This document shows, piece after piece, positions 55,587 to 64,000 of a DNA stretch of 64,000 bases (positions are counted from its first letter, which is position 1; each line of letters begins with the position of its first letter). The position numbers and the translations under genes are program-made. A model generated the notes under the pieces. That model was not told the DNA's origin. It did no database searches and was given only the letters and a program-made list of their open reading frames with translations. Location: NCBI GenBank assembly GCA_026989055.1, contig JALSKC010000003.1, forward strand, positions 16,828 to 80,827. Reading direction: 5' to 3'. Origin of the DNA: Paracoccaceae bacterium (GTDB lineage: Bacteria > Pseudomonadota > Alphaproteobacteria > Rhodobacterales > Rhodobacteraceae).

Positions 55587-55601
55587 TTAAGCCTTGGTTG
55601 A
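55587..55601. promoter_or_regulatory. TTAA-N7-TTGA (one mismatch to the CtrA full site) in the fliI / flgB divergent promoter region
   Basis: TTAAGCCTTGGTTGA read directly within the 87-nt intergenic spacer. Confidence 0.35.
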
Positions 55602-55624
55602 AACCAGTCGAGGGAGAATCCCCG

Positions 55625-56014
55625 GTGTTCGAAAGGCTCGAGATATTCCAGATGGCCTATGGCCTGGCCCGGCATGCCGCCGCCCGTCAGGCCATCGTCG
55701 CCAGGAATGTCGCCAATGCCGACACCCCCGGATACCGCGCACGCGATCTCGCCTCCTTTTCCGAAACATATGCCCGGCCCGCTCGGGAAGTGATGCTCAG
55801 AACAAGCCGGCCCGGGCATCTCGTTGCTCCGGACGGGGTCGGCCCCGCCGCCGGGGCGCGGCTCACGGACGACCCGGTATCGCCCAATGGAAATTCCGTT
55901 TCTCTGGAAAGCGAAATGGTGCGCGCAGCCGAAATCCGCAGGCAGCACGAGCTTGCGCTTTCGGTCTATTCCACCTCGCTGAACATCCTGCGCTCGAGCC
56001 TCGGGCGCAAATAG
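55625..56014 (+). CDS. flgB: flagellar basal-body rod protein FlgB
   Basis: RQAIVARNVANADTPGYRARDL motif. GTG start 6 nt after GAGGGAGAA is preferred to the TTG at 55598. Confidence 0.88.
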   Translation: MFERLEIFQMAYGLARHAAARQAIVARNVANADTPGYRARDLASFSETYARPAREVMLRTSRPGHLVAPDGVGPAAGARLTDDPVSPNGNSVSLESEMVRAAEIRRQHELALSVYSTSLNILRSSLGRK

Positions 56015-56027
56015 GCAGGGGGCACGC

Positions 56028-56420
56028 ATGAACGAATTTTCAGGCACATTCGCGATCTCGGCCAGCGGCATGAAGGCACAGGCCGAACGCATCAGGTTCC
56101 TGTCCGAAAACATCGCAAATGCCGACACTCCCGGCTACCGCCGGAAGACAGCGGGTTTCGAGGCAGAAATGCGGGGCGGGAAGCCGACCGGGCTGGTCGT
56201 CATCGGCCCGCCAAAACTCGATCAGCGGCCGCTCGAACGGGTCTATGACCCGGGGCACCCGCTGGCCGATGAAAGCGGCTACTACGATGGATCGAATGTC
56301 GATCTGGTGGTCGAGATCGCGGACGCGCGCGAAGCGCAGCGCAGTTACGAGGCGAATCTCCGAATGTTCGATCAGGCACGACAGATGTCGCAGAGCCTGT
56401 TGCAACTTCTTCGCCGTTAG
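56028..56420 (+). CDS. flgC: flagellar basal-body rod protein FlgC
   Basis: SGMKAQAERIRFLSENIANADTPGY...VDLVVEIADAREAQRSYEANL. Confidence 0.92.
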   Translation: MNEFSGTFAISASGMKAQAERIRFLSENIANADTPGYRRKTAGFEAEMRGGKPTGLVVIGPPKLDQRPLERVYDPGHPLADESGYYDGSNVDLVVEIADAREAQRSYEANLRMFDQARQMSQSLLQLLRR

Positions 56421-56431
56421 AGGAGGCCAGA

Positions 56432-56719
56432 ATGGACCTGCGTTCCTCGATTGCCGCCCAGAATTACGCGGCATCACGTCCGGCAACGGCAGCAAGGCCG
56501 GCACCGGACGAAAGCGGCGGGCTCGAACGGCTCGCCCAGGATTTTGCCAGAACCCTGGAACAGGGCGAACGGACGGCGCTGGCGGCCATGTCCGGTGGCG
56601 CCGATCCGCACGCCCTGGTCCAGGCGCTGGCCCAGACCGAACTTGCCGTCGAAACCGCCGTGACGGTGCGCAACAAGGTCGTCGAAGCGTATCAGGAAAT
56701 CCTGAGAATGCCGGTTTGA
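56432..56719 (+). CDS. fliE: flagellar hook-basal body complex protein FliE
   Basis: 95 aa: C-terminal LAQTELAVETAVTVRNKVVEAYQEILRMPV. Confidence 0.88.
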   Translation: MDLRSSIAAQNYAASRPATAARPAPDESGGLERLAQDFARTLEQGERTALAAMSGGADPHALVQALAQTELAVETAVTVRNKVVEAYQEILRMPV

Positions 56720-56721
56720 AG

Positions 56722-56988
56722 ATGCAGGAAATGGTATTCTACGATACCCTGCGCCAGGCACTCTGGATCTCGGTCGTGATTTCGGCCCCGATCCTGATCG
56801 CGGCCCTGACGACGGGGATCGCGATCGGCCTGTTCCAAGCCCTGACCTCGGTCCAGGAGATGACCCTCACCTTCGTGCCCAAGCTGGCGGCGATGCTGGT
56901 CGTCTTCTGGGTGAGCATGTCCTTCATGACGGAACGCCTCGTCAGCTTCTTCACGGACCACCTCGTGCCTATCATCATGGGAGCCTGA
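56722..56988 (+). CDS. fliQ: flagellar export apparatus protein FliQ
   Basis: 88 aa, two TM helices: ISAPILIAALTTGIAIGLFQALTSVQEMTLTFVPKL. Confidence 0.88.
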   Translation: MQEMVFYDTLRQALWISVVISAPILIAALTTGIAIGLFQALTSVQEMTLTFVPKLAAMLVVFWVSMSFMTERLVSFFTDHLVPIIMGA

Positions 56989-56990
56989 CG

Positions 56991-57707
56991 ATGGAAAACG
57001 CCAGCTACGTGACCCTGACCAGGCAATCCGGCCTCATGCGCGAAATGCAGGTGGTCGCCAACAATATTGCCAACCTGTCCACGACCGGTTTCCGCCGGGA
57101 AGGACTCGTCTTTTCCGAGTTCGTGAAAGCCCTGGAAAGGGGCGACCCTTCGCTTTCCATGGCGGTTGCCGATGTCCGGGCGACATTCCTGACCCAGGGC
57201 GGCCTGACCCGCACCGACGCCACCTTCGACCTTGCGATCGAAGGCGAGGGGTTTTTCCTCGTCGAAACCCCAGAGGGTGAACGTCTCACCCGCGCGGGCA
57301 ACTTTTCTCCGAACGGGGAGGGCGAGCTGGTCACGCCGGAGGGTTTCCGGGTGCTTGACGCCGGCAGGGCACCGATCTTCATCCCGCCCGATGCCGGCCC
57401 CGTCAGCATTGCCGCAGACGGCACGATATCGGTCGGTGATCAGCCCCTTGCCCGGATCGGGCTCTACCGGCCGGCGGAAGCGGCCGACCTCCTGCGCCAG
57501 CAGGGAACCCTGTTCACGGCCGCGAACGGCCTGGAGCCGGTGGAAGAAAGCGCCATTCTCCAGGGCTTTCTGGAAGAATCGAATGTCGACCCGGTCACCG
57601 AGATCGCACGGATGATCGAAGTCCAGAGAGCCTACGAGCTTGGTCAGAGCTTTCTGGACAAGGAAGACGAGCGGATCCGGAACGTCCTCCGGACCCTCGG
57701 CAAATAG
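56991..57707 (+). CDS. flgF: flagellar basal-body rod protein FlgF
   Basis: ANNIANLSTTGFR N-motif and C-terminal LQGFLEESNVDPVTEIARMIEVQRAYE. Confidence 0.9.
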   Translation: MENASYVTLTRQSGLMREMQVVANNIANLSTTGFRREGLVFSEFVKALERGDPSLSMAVADVRATFLTQGGLTRTDATFDLAIEGEGFFLVETPEGERLTRAGNFSPNGEGELVTPEGFRVLDAGRAPIFIPPDAGPVSIAADGTISVGDQPLARIGLYRPAEAADLLRQQGTLFTAANGLEPVEESAILQGFLEESNVDPVTEIARMIEVQRAYELGQSFLDKEDERIRNVLRTLGK

Positions 57708-57716
57708 GAGAACGCG

Positions 57717-58502
57717 ATGCGCGCCCTGAAAATAGCCGCCACCGGCATGAGTGCACAGCAGCTCAGGGTCGAGGTGATTTCCAACAACCTCGCCAACATG
57801 AACACGACAGGCTACAATGCCCGCCGGGCAGAGTTTGCCGATCTGCATTACCAGCAGGCGGCACGTGCCGGCACGATTACCGCCTCTGACGGGACCATTC
57901 TGCCCACAGGCGTCCAGCTCGGGCTCGGGGTCCGTGCCGCGTCTGTCTCGGTAAACCTGTCGCAAGGGTCGCTCAGCGAAACGGGGGGCGATCTCGATTT
58001 CGCAATCGAAGGAAGCGGTTATTTCGAAGTCACCCTGCCATCCGGGCGTCAGGCCTATACCCGCGACGGCGCGCTCAAACGTTCCGCGGATGGCCTTATC
58101 GTCACCTCGGGAGGACACCCCGTAGTCCCGGAAATCGTGATTCCGGAAGATGCGCGCAGCATTTCCGTCAACCCGGAGGGCGAGGTCTATGCCTATTTCA
58201 ACGATCGCGTGGAACCGGAGCTTCTCGGCCAGTTCACCCTGGCCATGTTCTCGAACGAAAAGGGGCTCGAAGCGATCGGCGACAATCTCTTCACGGAAAC
58301 CGCTGCCTCGGGCGCAGCGCTTGTCGGAACTCCCGGCAGCAATGGCCTGGGCACGCTCCGTCACGGATATCTGGAGGATTCTTCCGTTGATGCGGTCCGC
58401 GAGGTCACCGAACTGATCGAAGCGCAGCGCGGCTACGAGCTGAATGCCAAGGTCATCACCGCTGCAGACCAGATGCTTGCAGCCACAACGCAGATTCGCT
58501 GA
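57717..58502 (+). CDS. flgG: flagellar basal-body rod protein FlgG
   Basis: MRALKIAATGMSAQQLRVEVISNNLANMNTTGY...GYLEDSNVDAVREVTELIEAQRGYE. Confidence 0.93.
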   Translation: MRALKIAATGMSAQQLRVEVISNNLANMNTTGYNARRAEFADLHYQQAARAGTITASDGTILPTGVQLGLGVRAASVSVNLSQGSLSETGGDLDFAIEGSGYFEVTLPSGRQAYTRDGALKRSADGLIVTSGGHPVVPEIVIPEDARSISVNPEGEVYAYFNDRVEPELLGQFTLAMFSNEKGLEAIGDNLFTETAASGAALVGTPGSNGLGTLRHGYLEDSSVDAVREVTELIEAQRGYELNAKVITAADQMLAATTQIR

Positions 58503-58949
58503 ATGATCAGATCTGTCCTGCTCCTGCTCGTCCTGACCTGGACAACCACAGCTCCGACATGGGCCGAAGTTGTGGTCGCCGCCCGCACGATTCCCGGCAA
58601 GACCCTCATCAGAGAGTCCGATCTCATGCTGTTGCCGGAGACGGCCCCCGACAGTTTCTCGGAGATTTCCGAGCTGGTCGGCCTGGAAACCAGGGTGGCG
58701 ATCTACAAGGGGCGTCCGATCCCCCGTTCCGCCGTCGGGCCGGCAGCCGTGATCGAGCGCAACCAGATCGTCACCTTGATATACCGGCACGGTGGTCTGC
58801 TGATGACCGCCGAAGCCCGCGCCCTTGGGCGGGCCGGCGTTGGAGATACGCTGCGCGTCATGAACATTGCCTCCAGGAAAACGGTCAGCGGCACGGTCAG
58901 CGGCGATGGCAGCGTCATCGTCGGCCCGCCCCCGCCGCGAAGGGAGTAG
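58503..58949 (+). CDS. flgA: flagellar P-ring assembly chaperone FlgA
   Basis: 148 aa with a signal peptide and a SAF/FlgA domain (GDTLRVMNIASRKTVSGTV). Confidence 0.85.
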   Translation: MIRSVLLLLVLTWTTTAPTWAEVVVAARTIPGKTLIRESDLMLLPETAPDSFSEISELVGLETRVAIYKGRPIPRSAVGPAAVIERNQIVTLIYRHGGLLMTAEARALGRAGVGDTLRVMNIASRKTVSGTVSGDGSVIVGPPPPRRE

Positions 58950-58956
58950 GAAGATC

Positions 58957-59679
58957 ATGCGCATCGCCATCTCCGCCCTGTTTCTCGTTCTCGCAGCCTG
59001 CGCGAACCTGCGCGAAGCCGCCCGCCCCCCCGTGCTGACAGCGGCTTCGCGCGGCCCCGAGGTGCAAGCCATGCGCAGCCCCGGCACGGTCGAACAGATT
59101 GGCCGGCGTTCCCTGATGGACGGGGCGTCCCTGTGGGATTCCGGGCGCCGTTCTCTTCTGGGCGACCGCCGCGCGAGAGTGCGGGGAGATATCCTGACCG
59201 TGGTCATCGAGATAGACGACAAGGCGGAAATATCGAATTCCACCTCGCGCAACCGGAAGGGCTCCACATCCTTCGGCATACCCTCTTTCCTGGGTCTGCC
59301 GCAGCGTATCACTCCCCTGCTTCCGGACGGGGCGGGCCTGGACCCTGCCATCGCGACGACATCCAGCGACAGCGCCAGTGGCGACGGGGCCGTCCGCCGG
59401 AAGGAAAAGCTGACCCTGCGCATCGCGGCAACCGTTACCGACGTGCTCCCCAACGGTGTCCTGTTCATCGAAGGGTCACAGGAAGTCCGCGTGAACTTCG
59501 AGATCCGGGAGCTTCTTGTCAGCGGATACATCCGGCCGGAAGACATCTCCCGCCAGAACGAGATCACATATGACAAGATCGCATCGGCCCGGATCTCCTA
59601 TGGTGGCAGAGGGTCGATATCGGATGCCCAGCACCCCCGTTACGGGCAACGGGCGCTGGACAGGATCCTGCCATTCTAG
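58957..59679 (+). CDS. flgH: flagellar L-ring lipoprotein FlgH
   Basis: Lipobox LVLAAC. GDILTVVIEIDDKAE, LPNGVLFIEGSQEVRVN, and ITYDKIASARISYGG. Confidence 0.92.
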   Translation: MRIAISALFLVLAACANLREAARPPVLTAASRGPEVQAMRSPGTVEQIGRRSLMDGASLWDSGRRSLLGDRRARVRGDILTVVIEIDDKAEISNSTSRNRKGSTSFGIPSFLGLPQRITPLLPDGAGLDPAIATTSSDSASGDGAVRRKEKLTLRIAATVTDVLPNGVLFIEGSQEVRVNFEIRELLVSGYIRPEDISRQNEITYDKIASARISYGGRGSISDAQHPRYGQRALDRILPF

Positions 59680-59690
59680 GACCGGAAGAC

Positions 59691-60209
59691 ATGGGAAAGA
59701 TACTTCCGATAATCCTGGCTCTCATCGGCATGGCCGGCGGCGTGGGCGCCGGGCTTGCCCTGCGTCCCGACCCGAAGCAGGAAACGACCCTGCCGGAATG
59801 CAGCGGCACTGCGGTCACCGAAGCCGGAACAGCGGCCCCAACATCGGCCGACAGCGAAAATTCCGGCGATCCCGACAAGGAACCCCAGAAGGATTACGTC
59901 AAGCTGAACAACCAGTTCGTGGTTCCGGTCGTGAATGCCGGGCGGGTTTCCGCTCTTGTGGTTCTTTCGCTGAGCCTGGAACTGAACACGGGCGGCCCGG
60001 AGCTCGTCTACAAGATGGAACCGAAAATCCGCGATGCCTTTCTGCAGGTGCTCTTCGATCACGCAAACAGCGGCGGCTTCGACGGAAATTTCACTGCCGG
60101 GCGGAACATGAATCTCCTGCGCAGGGCACTGCTTGAAGTCGCCAGATCGATCCTGGGAACGGCGGTGGACAATGTTCTCATCGTCGATGTCGTCCGGCAA
60201 GATGCCTGA
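59691..60209 (+). CDS. fliL: flagellar basal body-associated protein FliL
   Basis: N-terminal TM helix. YVKLNNQFVVPV...RDAFLQVLF; FliL family. Confidence 0.8.
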   Translation: MGKILPIILALIGMAGGVGAGLALRPDPKQETTLPECSGTAVTEAGTAAPTSADSENSGDPDKEPQKDYVKLNNQFVVPVVNAGRVSALVVLSLSLELNTGGPELVYKMEPKIRDAFLQVLFDHANSGGFDGNFTAGRNMNLLRRALLEVARSILGTAVDNVLIVDVVRQDA

Positions 60210-60277
60210 GCCTTCCGCCCCGCATCCGGCCGGCCGCGCCAGGGCGCCCTGTGCAGCGAACCACCGCCCCGGCCCTG

Positions 60278-61444
60278 TTACTGCAGATCGGAAAAGGCCT
60301 GCTGCAGGCGCCGCACCGCCTCGCGAAGGCGCGATCTCGGCATGGCGAAGTTGAAGCGCATGAAGCTTTGGCCGCCCTTGCCGAAGGTTTCGCCGTGGTT
60401 GGGGGCGATCCGGGCGTGTTTCTGGATACGCTGTTTCACTTCATCAATCGCCATCCCGGTTCCGGAAAAATCCACCCATGCCAGATAGGTGGCCTCGAGC
60501 ACCATCGAACGAAGCCCCGGTATTGCGTTCACGCCTTCGTCAAACAGCTTCCGGTTACCCTCGAGATAGGCCACGAGCGCATCCACCCAGGCGGCGCCTT
60601 CCGGGGTGTAGGCAGCCGTGGCGGCCAGAAGCCCGGGGGCGTTCGGCGAAATTCCGAGCCCTGCGATCCGGGCGGCGAAGCGCGCGCGCAGGTCGGGGTC
60701 GGAAATGATGATCTGACCGGTATGCAGCCCGGCGGTGTTGAATGTCTTGGACGGCGCGGTAGCCATGATGAGGCGCTCCGAGAGGCCCTCGATCAGGGCC
60801 ATGGGCAGGTGGCGATGGCCGGGATAGACCAGATCGTGATGGATCTCGTCCGAGAGCAGCAGCAGATCGTGCCGGCGCGCGAAATCCGCCACGCCTTCCA
60901 GTTCGTCCCGGCGCCAGACCCTGCCGCCCGGATTGTGCGGTGAACAGAAGATGAGCATCCTTTCCGTGCCGTTCATCTGCCTGTCCCAGGCTTCGAAATC
61001 CAACACGTAGCGGCCGTCTTCCTGCGGCATCTCGCATTCCACCACCCTGCGCCCGGAAGCGCGGATGCGGCTGGCAAAGGCGTGATAGACCGGCGTGAAC
61101 AGGACCACCCCGTCTCCGGGGGCGGTAAAGGCATCGAGGCACAGCCCGATTCCGTTTCCCAGCCCGTGCACCGAAAAGACATGTTCCGGCTCCGGCGCCC
61201 AGCCGTGGCGCTGCGCCATCCACCAGCAGATCGCGGCGCGGTAATCGCGATCATCCCCGAAATAGCCCCAGACCCCCCCGGCATAATCGGCCAGAGCCCG
61301 GCGCACGCCTTCCGGGGCGCGGAAGTCCATGTCCGCGACCCACATGGCAATACCGTCCTCCGGCGACACGCCATACAGCGCTTCCATCCGGTCCCACTTG
61401 GCACAGTGGGTGCCGCGCCGGTCTATTTCCTCGTCAAAGTCCAT
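60278..61444 (-). CDS. MalY/PatB-family PLP-dependent cystathionine beta-lyase-like aminotransferase
   Basis: IDRRGTHCAKWD, MWVADMDF, CSPHNPGGRVW, SDEIHHDLV and SKTFN (PLP lysine). Start trimmed to MDFDEE. Confidence 0.85.
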   Translation of the reverse strand: MDFDEEIDRRGTHCAKWDRMEALYGVSPEDGIAMWVADMDFRAPEGVRRALADYAGGVWGYFGDDRDYRAAICWWMAQRHGWAPEPEHVFSVHGLGNGIGLCLDAFTAPGDGVVLFTPVYHAFASRIRASGRRVVECEMPQEDGRYVLDFEAWDRQMNGTERMLIFCSPHNPGGRVWRRDELEGVADFARRHDLLLLSDEIHHDLVYPGHRHLPMALIEGLSERLIMATAPSKTFNTAGLHTGQIIISDPDLRARFAARIAGLGISPNAPGLLAATAAYTPEGAAWVDALVAYLEGNRKLFDEGVNAIPGLRSMVLEATYLAWVDFSGTGMAIDEVKQRIQKHARIAPNHGETFGKGGQSFMRFNFAMPRSRLREAVRRLQQAFSDLQ

Positions 61445-61545
61445 GCATGCCTCCGGATTTCTGCGGCAGGCTAGCGACAATCGCGGCGGGCGCAAGAAGT
61501 ATCGGAGGCGTTGCAACGGCTTCGGGCTTGGCCTACATCACGGCC

Positions 61546-62067
61546 ATGAGCATTCTGCCGATCCTGATCCACCCCGATCCGCGCCTGAAGAAGGTCTGCG
61601 CCCCGGTGCGCGAGATCACCCGCGACCTGCGCGCCCTGGCCGACGACATGCTGGAAACCATGTATGACGCACCGGGCATCGGGCTGGCAGCGCCCCAGGT
61701 GGGGGTGATGAAACGGCTGTTCGTGATGGATTGCGTGAAGGAAGCCGGAGCCGCGCCGCAGCCGATGATCCTGGTGAACCCCGAAATCTCCTGGGTGTCG
61801 GAAGAAACGAATCTCTACGAGGAAGGCTGCCTGTCGATCCCGGATCAGTATGCCGAAATCGAACGCCCGGCCGAAGCGCGCATCCGCTGGACGGACCTGG
61901 ACGGCAAGCGTCACGAAGAACGGTTCGACGGGCTCTGGGCGACCTGCGCCCAGCATGAGATCGACCATTTGAACGGCAGGCTGTTCATCGATTACCTGAA
62001 ACCGATGCGGCGGCAGATGATCACGCGCAAGATGGTGAAGCTAAAGCGTGAGCGCGAGCGGGCATGA
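61546..62067 (+). CDS. def: peptide deformylase
   Basis: [17 protein letters not shown] and QHEIDHLNG metal-binding motifs. Confidence 0.93.
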   Translation: MSILPILIHPDPRLKKVCAPVREITRDLRALADDMLETMYDAPGIGLAAPQVGVMKRLFVMDCVKEAGAAPQPMILVNPEISWVSEETNLYEEGCLSIPDQYAEIERPAEARIRWTDLDGKRHEERFDGLWATCAQHEIDHLNGRLFIDYLKPMRRQMITRKMVKLKRERERA

Positions 62068-62110
62068 GCCGCCGGGCTGCCGGATGCATCCCGCACACGG
62101 GCCGGCACGC

Positions 62111-63010
62111 ATGAGGCTGGCCTTCATGGGAACGCCGGATTTCGCCCTGCCGGCTCTGGAAGCCCTGCACGAGGCGGGCCATGAGATCGCCGCCGTCTAT
62201 TGCCAGCCGCCGCGCCCCGCAGGCCGCGGCCGCAAGGCGCGCGCAGCGCCGGTGCAACGCCGGGCCGAGGCGCTCGGCCTGCCGGTGCGCCACCCCGTGT
62301 CGCTGAAGGAGGCGCAGGTCCAGGCCGATTTCCGGGCGCTGGGCGCCGAGGTGGCGGTTGTGGTCGCCTACGGGCTGATCCTGCCGCCGCCGATCCTCCA
62401 GGCCCCGGCACGGGGCTGCCTGAACATACACGCCTCGCTCCTGCCGCGCTGGCGCGGCGCGGCACCGATCCAGCGGGCGATCATGGCCGGCGACCGGGAA
62501 ACCGGCATCTGCATCATGCAGATGGACGAGGGCCTGGATACCGGCCCGGTCCTGCTGCGCCGGCGGGTTTCCATCGGGCCCGAGGACACCGCCGGCGATC
62601 TGCACGACCGGCTGGCAACCCTGGGCGCGCAGGCGATCGTCGAAGCGCTCGCCCGGCTGAACGAGCTGGCCCCCGAACCGCAGCCCGAAGCCGGCGTCAG
62701 CCATGCGGCCAAGATCGACAAGGCCGAAGCCCGCATCGACTGGACCCGCCCGGCAGAGGAGATCGACCGCCGGATCCGCGCCCTTTCACCCTTTCCCGGC
62801 GCCTGGTGCACGGCAGCCGGAGAACGGCTGAAGCTGCTGCGTTCGCGCCCGGTTGAATGCACCGGGGCGCCGGGGCAGGTTCTGGGCGGAATGCGGATCG
62901 CCTGCGGGCGGGGGGCGGTCGAGATACTGCAGGCGCAGCGCCCGGGCCGGCGCCCGATGTCGGCGAAGGAACTTCTGCGCGGCTGGACGCTCCCGGCGCG
63001 GCTGGACTGA
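62111..63010 (+). CDS. fmt: methionyl-tRNA formyltransferase
   Basis: [36 protein letters not shown], and C-terminal Fmt domain. Confidence 0.92.
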   Translation: MRLAFMGTPDFALPALEALHEAGHEIAAVYCQPPRPAGRGRKARAAPVQRRAEALGLPVRHPVSLKEAQVQADFRALGAEVAVVVAYGLILPPPILQAPARGCLNIHASLLPRWRGAAPIQRAIMAGDRETGICIMQMDEGLDTGPVLLRRRVSIGPEDTAGDLHDRLATLGAQAIVEALARLNELAPEPQPEAGVSHAAKIDKAEARIDWTRPAEEIDRRIRALSPFPGAWCTAAGERLKLLRSRPVECTGAPGQVLGGMRIACGRGAVEILQAQRPGRRPMSAKELLRGWTLPARLD

Positions 63011-63207
63011 CCCCGCGGCGGGAAGAGCCCCTGCCGCAGCGTCCCCTGCTCCCCGGCATGCGACCATGTGCAGCGGCACGGGTCGGAAAGAAAGCGGAAA
63101 GAAGGCGGCTGCCGCGCCGCAGTGCATGTGGTCGCAGACATGCTGGCGGGCTTTTCGCATCCCGGCAGGCGAAGGCGGCAGCGCATCGCGCTCCGGCCCC
63201 GGAAACT

Positions 63208-63741
63208 CTACCGCCCCTGCGTTCGGGCGCGCCGCGCCCCGGCTCCGGACGCCCCGGCCCGGGCCGCACCCGGGTTCCGGGCTGCGGCAGCCGCGAGAAA
63301 GGGCGCCATTCCGGCCCGCGCCAGCGCATCAGCGCGTTCGTTCTCCGGGTGCCCGGCGTGGCCTTTCACCCATTCCCAGCGCACGTCGTGGCAGCGGGCT
63401 GCGGCATCGAGGCGCTGCCACAGGTCGAGGTTCTTCACCGGCTTCTTCTGTGCGGTGCGCCAGCCGTTCCTCTTCCAGCTCTCGATCCAGCCGGTGATGC
63501 CGTTCTTCACATAGGCGCTGTCGGTCACGAGGGTGATCCGCGACGGCCGCTCCAGCGCTTCCAGCGCCGAGATCGCGGCCATCAGCTCCATCCGGTTGTT
63601 GGTGGTCTCGCTCTCGCCCCCCTTGAGCTCGCGGGTCTTCAGCACCCTGTCGCCCTCGCGCGCCACCAGAAGCACCCCCCAGCCTCCCGGCCCGGGGTTG
63701 CCGGAGCAGGCGCCGTCGGTATAGGCGAAAAGCCTCGTCAT
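63208..63741 (-). CDS. rnhA: ribonuclease HI
   Basis: [28 protein letters not shown] and [15 protein letters not shown]. It has an unusually long Ala/Arg-rich C-terminal tail of about 30 aa. Confidence 0.9.
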   Translation of the reverse strand: MTRLFAYTDGACSGNPGPGGWGVLLVAREGDRVLKTRELKGGESETTNNRMELMAAISALEALERPSRITLVTDSAYVKNGITGWIESWKRNGWRTAQKKPVKNLDLWQRLDAAARCHDVRWEWVKGHAGHPENERADALARAGMAPFLAAAAARNPGAARAGASGAGARRARTQGR

Positions 63742-64000
63742 CGCGCAGCGTCGGCCGGCGCGCGCAACACGCGCGGCAGCTTGAAGGTGACATTCTCGGT
63801 GACGGTCTCGACCTCTTCCAGGGTGATGTCGTAGCGGGCGCGGAAGGCCTCGATCACCTCGTCCACCAGCACTTCGGGGGCCGAGGCGCCCGCAGTCAGG
63901 CCGACGGCGGAAGCCCCCTTCAGCGCCCGCCAGTCGATTTCGCCGGCATTGCGGATCAACTGCGCATAGGCGCAGCCGGCGGCCCGGCCGACCTCGACCA
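63738..64000 (-). CDS. ispH: 4-hydroxy-3-methylbut-2-enyl diphosphate reductase, C-terminal part (5' end outside the window)
   Basis: [20 protein letters not shown], typical of the IspH C-terminus. The frame stays open to the window edge. ATGA-type overlap with the rnhA start. Confidence 0.8.
   Translation of the reverse strand, partial: VEVGRAAGCAYAQLIRNAGEIDWRALKGASAVGLTAGASAPEVLVDEVIEAFRARYDITLEEVETVTENVTFKLPRVLRAPADAAR

Noticed and set aside
55538-56128. N-terminal 197-aa extension of the fliI ORF (the track gives 651 aa)
   Set aside because: The extension is antisense to flgB and flgC and has no FliI-like sequence. A strong RBS (GGAGGAGAAG) precedes the MMPAGLEV start at 55537.
56739-59576. 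945-aa minus-strand ORF spanning the flgF-flgG-flgA-flgH region
   Set aside because: It is antisense to four well-supported flagellar genes. The product is Arg/Ala/Gly/Pro-rich with no recognisable motifs. This is a typical shadow ORF of high-GC DNA.
63011-63207. Imperfect inverted repeat (GCGACCATGTGCAG ... GCATGTGGTCGC) between fmt and rnhA as a possible sRNA or terminator
   Set aside because: The arms are interrupted and separated by about 60 nt, there is no U-tract, and the region overlaps the probable read-through tail of rnhA. The evidence is insufficient.

Overview
High-GC (roughly two-thirds G+C by eye) alphaproteobacterial chromosome segment. Gene content (FlaF/FlbT flagellin regulators, CbtAB cobalt uptake) suggests Rhodobacterales, but that is inference only. 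It reads as densely packed core genome rather than an accessory island. Main blocks: (1) a minus-strand cobalamin operon, cbiX-cobH-cobL-cobI-cobJ (1-5070); (2) DUF1636-cobD-cbiB (6049-8284); (3) cell-wall genes and smc (8350-13657); (4) a canonical cobalamin riboswitch driving cbtB-cbtA-cobW-GNAT-cobN (13875-20407), then cobO; (5) housekeeping genes (TPP enzyme, split mnmC, DMT transporter, slt, dapA, smpB, sseA, tyrB, amtB-glnK, PBP1A, mlaA/mlaC); (6) an orphan type I secretion ABC/HlyD pair (38622-41677); (7) ridA, GDPD, DUF482, a ferredoxin-reductase-like gene and rsmD; (8) an alpha-type flagellar cluster (flgD-fliK, flgJ-like, flgN-like, fliC, flaF, flbT, DUF1217, fliI, flgBC-fliEQ-flgFGAH-fliL; 46228-60209) interrupted by a heavily decayed IS5-family transposase relic; (9) patB-like, def-fmt, rnhA and ispH. 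No rRNA, tRNA or CRISPR array was seen. I found no convincing novel multi-gene system. The most unexplained items are: the orphan T1SS pair with degenerate ATPase motifs, preceded by a perfect TTAACCAT-containing inverted repeat; a consensus CtrA-type box next to an atypical single-domain receiver; TTAN-N7-TTAN repeats in three flagellar promoter regions; a 32-nt near-identical element at two cob gene junctions; a long cbiX leader with no recognisable B12 box; and several perfect short tandem duplications. Many long ORFs in the supplied track are antisense or N-terminally extended artefacts of high GC, and I trimmed or rejected them.
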